63,137 nucleotides of DNA. It comes from an uncultured Eubacteriales bacterium (GTDB taxonomy: Bacteria > Actinomycetota > Coriobacteriia > Anaerosomatales > JAAXUF01). The stretch spans positions 1 through 63,137 of the forward strand of contig CAZIPN010000009.1 of NCBI GenBank assembly GCA_964541225.1, written 5' to 3'. Under the pieces are notes generated by a model, which ran no database searches, was not told the DNA's origin, and saw nothing but the letters and a program-made list of their open reading frames with translations. A program made the position numbers and the translations under genes. Below, in pieces: positions 58,820 to 63,137 of the stretch. Every line of letters starts with the position of its first letter. Positions within the stretch are counted from its first letter, which is position 1.

Positions 58820-59038
58820 GTGTCGGCTGTGGAGGTACTCTCGAAATGCCCCGCGTGCGGCCTCGAATCTGCGGAGATCCGCTGTCCGCGTTGCAACACG
58901 CTCAAAGTCATCGGTTGTGATGGGGTCTGCTCGGCGTGTGCGAGTTCGTGTGCGAGTCGAGCGACTCCAGGACCGAGCAACGAGCAGCCAGCCGACGAAG
59001 CCGAGGAGAACTCTGAGTCCAGCGAGCGTTCTCGGTAG
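58820..59038 (+). CDS. small Cys-rich protein downstream of feoB
   Basis: CPAC..CPRC..CDGVCSACASSC in 72 aa; starts 3 nt after the feoB stop. Confidence 0.7.
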   Translation: MSAVEVLSKCPACGLESAEIRCPRCNTLKVIGCDGVCSACASSCASRATPGPSNEQPADEAEENSESSERSR

Positions 59039-59177
59039 CGTTGAGCGAGCGTGCCACCGGTGCGCCGCCCCATCGTGTGCTGGTGACGGGTTCCGATGGG
59101 CAGGGGTGGCAGGAAGCGCGGTAGGGGTACTGTGCAAGAGTACGATCCATCTCAGTTGATGTGGGGGGAGCACCACG

Positions 59178-59717
59178 ATGCAGAGCCATTCCGATGTCAG
59201 CGTGCGCGAAGCGCGACTTGACGATGTGCCGCTGCTCTTCAAGGCGCGCCGCAACATGTTCTCCGAGCTGGGCACTTCAGTTCGTCCAGAGGATATGGCG
59301 GTGGTCGACTCGGCGCTCGAGGAATTCGTGCAGAAGCAGGCCGAGATTGGCCCCATCGGCTTCGTGGCCGAGGACGAGACAGGCGAGATGGTGGGTGCGG
59401 TGTCGATTTCGCACGAGATTGTGCAGCCGAGCCTGCACAATCCGACGGGGAAGCAGACGACGCTCTACGGCATGTGGGTGCGGCCCGCGTCGCGGAGGCG
59501 GGGGGTCGCTCGTGCGTTGGTGGCGACGGCCGTTGAAGCGTCGCGAGCTGCTGGAGCTGGGGCTGTCTCGCTGATGGCGAGCGACACGGGTCGTGATCTG
59601 TATAGGAGCCTGGGATTCGTTGCGGTTCCTGCGATGAGGCTCTCATTCCAGCCACTGGTCGAAATCCACGCCCACGACGAGGATCCGCGGGCGGAGGTTG
59701 CTGGAAGCACGGCATAG
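59178..59717 (+). CDS. GNAT family N-acetyltransferase
   Basis: VREARLDD, MWVRPASRRRGVARAL, LYRSLGF. Confidence 0.9.
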   Translation: MQSHSDVSVREARLDDVPLLFKARRNMFSELGTSVRPEDMAVVDSALEEFVQKQAEIGPIGFVAEDETGEMVGAVSISHEIVQPSLHNPTGKQTTLYGMWVRPASRRRGVARALVATAVEASRAAGAGAVSLMASDTGRDLYRSLGFVAVPAMRLSFQPLVEIHAHDEDPRAEVAGSTA

Positions 59718-59908
59718 GCGATCCCGCTCAGCGCCTGCTCGGTTTCCAGACCCCTTCCCCTCACTCCAAGACGTGCCTTCTGGCCCGTCATTCGCTCCGG
59801 TGCGCATGGATGCCCGCTGCTGCTGTACGGTGGGGGTGTCCCGAGAGTATAGTAGTCAGATACGTTTAGCGTCGTTCAGGCAAGCGAGCAACAGGAAAGG
59901 GAATGCCG

Positions 59909-60463
59909 ATGTCCGACCAGGCACAATCAAACAATCAGCAGGTCATCGTATATGCGTTGATCGCAATTGCGGTGCTACTTGCCGTGATCGTCGGTTTCAT
60001 GGTCTACAACAATTCGCACGGCGTTCCGGCGCCGAGCGTCAGCAGTACCGTGGCGCCGTCCGACACCGCTGCTGCGAACATTGCTGCGGAGATGCCGGAT
60101 CAGCCGACACCTGTCGCGTTCGACCCGAAGACCGCCACCAAGCTTCCTGCGGGCATGACGCCCGAGCAGGCGCTCAAGGCCTATAACGACGACATCATGT
60201 CCAAGAAGTTCCCGCAAGCCTACGATCTCCTTCCTCTGGCGCAGAAGAAGTCGTACGGCGATGCCGACTCGTACGGCTCGACGGTATCCCAGTACGGCAT
60301 CACGGGCTACAAGCTAGGTGCGCCGCAGACGGCTGGCAACGACGTGTCAATCGTGTCGGAGCAGGATACGGCTCAGATGAACATTACGTACACATGGACC
60401 TACACCAAGGTCGGCAAGGACTGGTACGTGAAGTCGCGCGACATGGGCGGCGCCGTCCAGTAG
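59909..60463 (+). CDS. hypothetical membrane-anchored extracytoplasmic protein
   Basis: One N-terminal TM (VIVYALIAIAVLLAVIVGFMVY) then a soluble domain; GAAAGGG RBS; ATG 59903 is an alternative start. Confidence 0.75.
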   Translation: MSDQAQSNNQQVIVYALIAIAVLLAVIVGFMVYNNSHGVPAPSVSSTVAPSDTAAANIAAEMPDQPTPVAFDPKTATKLPAGMTPEQALKAYNDDIMSKKFPQAYDLLPLAQKKSYGDADSYGSTVSQYGITGYKLGAPQTAGNDVSIVSEQDTAQMNITYTWTYTKVGKDWYVKSRDMGGAVQ

Positions 60464-60490
60464 CAGCGCGACCGCAGATTGTGACTTGCA

Positions 60491-60512
60491 GGGCGTCTCG
60501 AAGGGGACGCCC
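60491..60512 (+). terminator. intrinsic terminator
   Basis: GGGCGTCTC-GAAG-GGGACGCCC followed by TGTTTG. Confidence 0.65.
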
Positions 60513-60655
60513 TGTTTGCGTGCGGAGACGGAATCTTGGGAGGGGTGCTCCAGCTGCCGAGGAACCGGACACCCAGGGCGCAGTGCGTCTTGAATCCTGG
60601 TGCCTGATCGTGGTATGAACGAATGGTATGAACACCGCTCGTGCAGGAGTGTGGC

Positions 60656-60955
60656 ATGCCCAAGAAGAAGGTCGCCGTCGCCCTATCCGACTGGCTGCTC
60701 GAGGAGCTTGACTCGGCGGCCGAGGTCGCACACACCAGCCGCAGCGCGCTGGTCGAAGAGGCCGTGGCGGACTACGTCGTTCGTCGGCGGGCGCGAATGA
60801 ACGACGAGGAGCGCCGACAGCGCATCGACCTTGCGATGAAGAACATGAAGGCATTTGCCGACGAGGTGGCGGCGGACCCGAAGGCGCAGAATGAGCCCTC
60901 AACGCTTGAGAAGCTTCGTGCGATCCGGAGGGGCGAGCGATGGCCGGGCGAGTAA
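60656..60955 (+). CDS. ribbon-helix-helix (CopG) antitoxin, VapB-like
   Basis: KKVAVALSDWLLEELD..TSRSALVEEAV; overlaps a downstream PIN gene. Confidence 0.85.
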   Translation: MPKKKVAVALSDWLLEELDSAAEVAHTSRSALVEEAVADYVVRRRARMNDEERRQRIDLAMKNMKAFADEVAADPKAQNEPSTLEKLRAIRRGERWPGE

Positions 60956-61356
60956 GCGGGGAGATCTGTGCTCTTGATGCGTCGGTCGGCGTCAAGTGGT
61001 TTCGACACGAGGCTGGCTCCGAAGAGGCTATTGACCTGCTGCGACGCTATCAAGACGGCTCGCTTCTGATCGCGGTGGACACGCTGTTCTTCTACGAAGT
61101 GATGCGTGCCGCCGCTCGCGGAGGCGGTCCTCGCGACGCGGACGGGGTCTGGCAGGAGCTGCAGCGCCTCGATCTCGTGACCGTCCCCCTCGGCGACGAG
61201 CTGGTTGGGGCCGCTGTCGCGTCGGCGGCGATGCTCGGCTGCACGCTCTACGACGCGTTCGCCTCCGGGCTTGCCGACCTGCTCGATGCGCCGTTCTACT
61301 CGGCCGACGCGCGAGCGCACGGGCGACATCCGCGAGTGCGGCTGGTGGGGGAGTGA
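60940..61356 (+). CDS. PIN-domain toxin, VapC-like
   Basis: ALDASVGVKWF, FFYEV, TLYDA, FYSAD acidic PIN residues. Confidence 0.88.
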   Translation: MAGRVSGEICALDASVGVKWFRHEAGSEEAIDLLRRYQDGSLLIAVDTLFFYEVMRAAARGGGPRDADGVWQELQRLDLVTVPLGDELVGAAVASAAMLGCTLYDAFASGLADLLDAPFYSADARAHGRHPRVRLVGE

Positions 61357-61407
61357 GTAGGACGCGCGCGGCCTGTCCCTGTCAGCCTCGCATGCTACTC
61401 TCGCCGA

Positions 61408-63137
61408 GTGACTGAAGCCGCCCTGCATCGCTTCCTCGTTCCGGGTACCGACCCTGACGTGATCGCGTCCTACGAGACGCTTGCCGAGCGCGCCCGGGAG
61501 GTGCGGTTCGGCTTCGAGGACGAGATCGTGGTGCTCGATATCGAGACCACCGGCTACGACCGCGACCGCGATCGGATCATCGAAGTTGCGGCAGCCGTGA
61601 TGAGCGGACCCGAGATCGTCGCGACGTTTGACGCGCTCATCGACCCGCTCGTGCCGCTGCCGCTGGAGATCACGAAGCTCACCGGCATCACCGACGACAT
61701 GCTCGCAGGCGAGCCGAGCGCCGAAGGCGTGGTCGCGCGGCTCATTGAGTTTGTCGGCGGGCGAGACATCGTGGCGCACAACGCGACGTTTGATCGATCG
61801 TTTCTCGAGCGGGTCGCGGGAACGCATGCATTTCGCGGTCAGTGGATCGACTCGCTGCAGGTCACGCGTATCGGGCTGCCTCGGCTGCGCACACATCGGC
61901 TGGCCGATCTCGCCGAGGCGTTCGAGGTGGTCCCGGAGGGCGCCCCGCACCGCGCGCTGCATGACGTGCTCGCGCTTGCGGCCGTGTGGCGCATAGCGCT
62001 TGTGGGCGCAAGCGATCTGCCGGCGGGGCTGTTGCACCGCATCACGGACCTCGCGCCCGAGGTCGACTGGGCCGCGCGCGGGATCCTCGCGCAGATTGCC
62101 GCTGCCGAGCCGGGGCGTTCCTTCGACCTGAAGGAGGCGCGCCGAAAGCGCGTAGCCGCCGACAAGGCCGAGGCGCTTCATGATGCCGACGAGATCGCGA
62201 CTACGTGTCCGACGCCGGAAGCGGTGCTCGGCGAGTTCTCGGCAGAGGGCATTGCGGGGCGCATGTACGAGGGGTACGAGTCGCGTGCCGAGCAGCTTGA
62301 GATGGCGGGCGCGGTGCTCGAGGCGTTCGACACACGAACGAACGTCGCGATTGAGGCGGGGACCGGCGTTGGCAAGTCGATCGCCTACCTGGTGCCGGCC
62401 GCACTGTACTCGCTAGAGAACGGCGTGGGCGTGGGCGTTGCGACCAAGACAAACGCGCTCATGGACCAGCTCGTCTACCACGAGCTGCCGCGACTGAATG
62501 CTGCGCTCGGCGGGCATCTGCGCTACGTCGCGCTCAAGGGCTACGACCACTACCCCTGCCTGCGCAAACTGGAGCGCTACGCAGGCGAGTTAGGCGAGCT
62601 GCTCGGCGGTTCGGGCGGCGGCGGCGCGAGCCCGGCGGACGCCGACCGCATCTCGACGGTGGCGGCACTGCTCGCGTGGGTCGCGCAGTCCAGCTGGGGC
62701 GATCTGGACGCCATCAACCTGCATTGGGGCCGCCGAGATACGCGCGCAGCGGTGCAAGCGTCGCAGGCGGACTGCACGCGCAAGCGCTGCCGCTTCTTCC
62801 CGCAGCTGTGCTACCTGCATGGCGTGCGCAGGCGTGCTGCCAGCGCAAATGTTGTCGTCACCAACCACGCGCTGCTCTTCCGCGACGTGGTCGCGCAAGG
62901 CGGCATTCTTCCGCCGATCCGCCACTGGGTGATCGACGAGGCCCACTCGGCAGAAAGTGAGGCGCGCAAACAGCTCACGATGGGCGCGAGCCACGTGGAG
63001 CTGTCGGCGGTGCTCGGCACGCTCGGGGCCAAGGGACGCGGCACGCTGCTTGAGACGGTGCGTCGATCGCTGCGCGGCGAAGAAGGTGCGACTGGGATTC
63101 TCGGCGTGATCGCGAGGATGGAGGACGAGACGCAGCG
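61408..63137 (+). CDS. dinG: DnaQ-family exonuclease / DinG helicase fusion, runs off the window end (absent from ORF track)
   Basis: My translation: VLDIETTG, VAHNATFD, HRALHD (DEDDh); RAEQLEMA, EAGTGVGKS, YPCLRK..CTRKRCRFFPQLC (Fe-S), VTNHALL, VIDEAH. Confidence 0.92.
   Translation, partial: MTEAALHRFLVPGTDPDVIASYETLAERAREVRFGFEDEIVVLDIETTGYDRDRDRIIEVAAAVMSGPEIVATFDALIDPLVPLPLEITKLTGITDDMLAGEPSAEGVVARLIEFVGGRDIVAHNATFDRSFLERVAGTHAFRGQWIDSLQVTRIGLPRLRTHRLADLAEAFEVVPEGAPHRALHDVLALAAVWRIALVGASDLPAGLLHRITDLAPEVDWAARGILAQIAAAEPGRSFDLKEARRKRVAADKAEALHDADEIATTCPTPEAVLGEFSAEGIAGRMYEGYESRAEQLEMAGAVLEAFDTRTNVAIEAGTGVGKSIAYLVPAALYSLENGVGVGVATKTNALMDQLVYHELPRLNAALGGHLRYVALKGYDHYPCLRKLERYAGELGELLGGSGGGGASPADADRISTVAALLAWVAQSSWGDLDAINLHWGRRDTRAAVQASQADCTRKRCRFFPQLCYLHGVRRRAASANVVVTNHALLFRDVVAQGGILPPIRHWVIDEAHSAESEARKQLTMGASHVELSAVLGTLGAKGRGTLLETVRRSLRGEEGATGILGVIARMEDETQ

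Noticed and set aside
60772..62181. Long antisense or alternative-frame ORFs (e.g. 60772..62181, 1759..2985, 7736..8941, 11018..12277, 32855..34003)
   Set aside because: Shadow ORFs typical of high-GC DNA, lying opposite well-supported genes and lacking motifs.

Overview
High-GC actinobacterial chromosome segment spanning the replication origin. It is most consistent with Coriobacteriia, inferred from gene content and order. The core block is gyrA-(inserted membrane gene)-gyrB-dciA-recF-dnaN-[oriC]-dnaA-(GHKL ATPase/HTH gene)-[DnaA-box cluster]-rpmH-rnpA-yidD-yidC-jag-[parS]-rsmG-parA-parB, followed by addBA, rlmN, a reverse rubrerythrin, htrA, an MFS pump, ddl, a Mn/Fe homeostasis locus (yybP-ykoY riboswitch, P-type ATPase, feoAB), vapBC and a truncated DnaQ-DinG gene. 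The left 17 kb between tRNA-Ala and tRNA-Ile holds a YyaL-like protein, a cation/H+ antiporter, amtB-glnK, a cyclic beta-1,2-glucan synthase and a DEAD-box helicase. Three observations stand out. (1) The ORF track splits one gene at an in-frame UGA; it reads as a membrane-anchored rhodanese-thioredoxin fusion selenoprotein (UxxC) with a SECIS-like hairpin (5945-6700, minus). (2) Next to it is an unannotated, promoter-driven, possibly pseudoknotted ncRNA candidate (~5535-5814, minus). (3) A GHKL-ATPase/winged-helix gene sits inside the origin region directly upstream of dnaA. No CRISPR array, transposase or integrase was seen. All calls are by eye; no database search or folding program was run.
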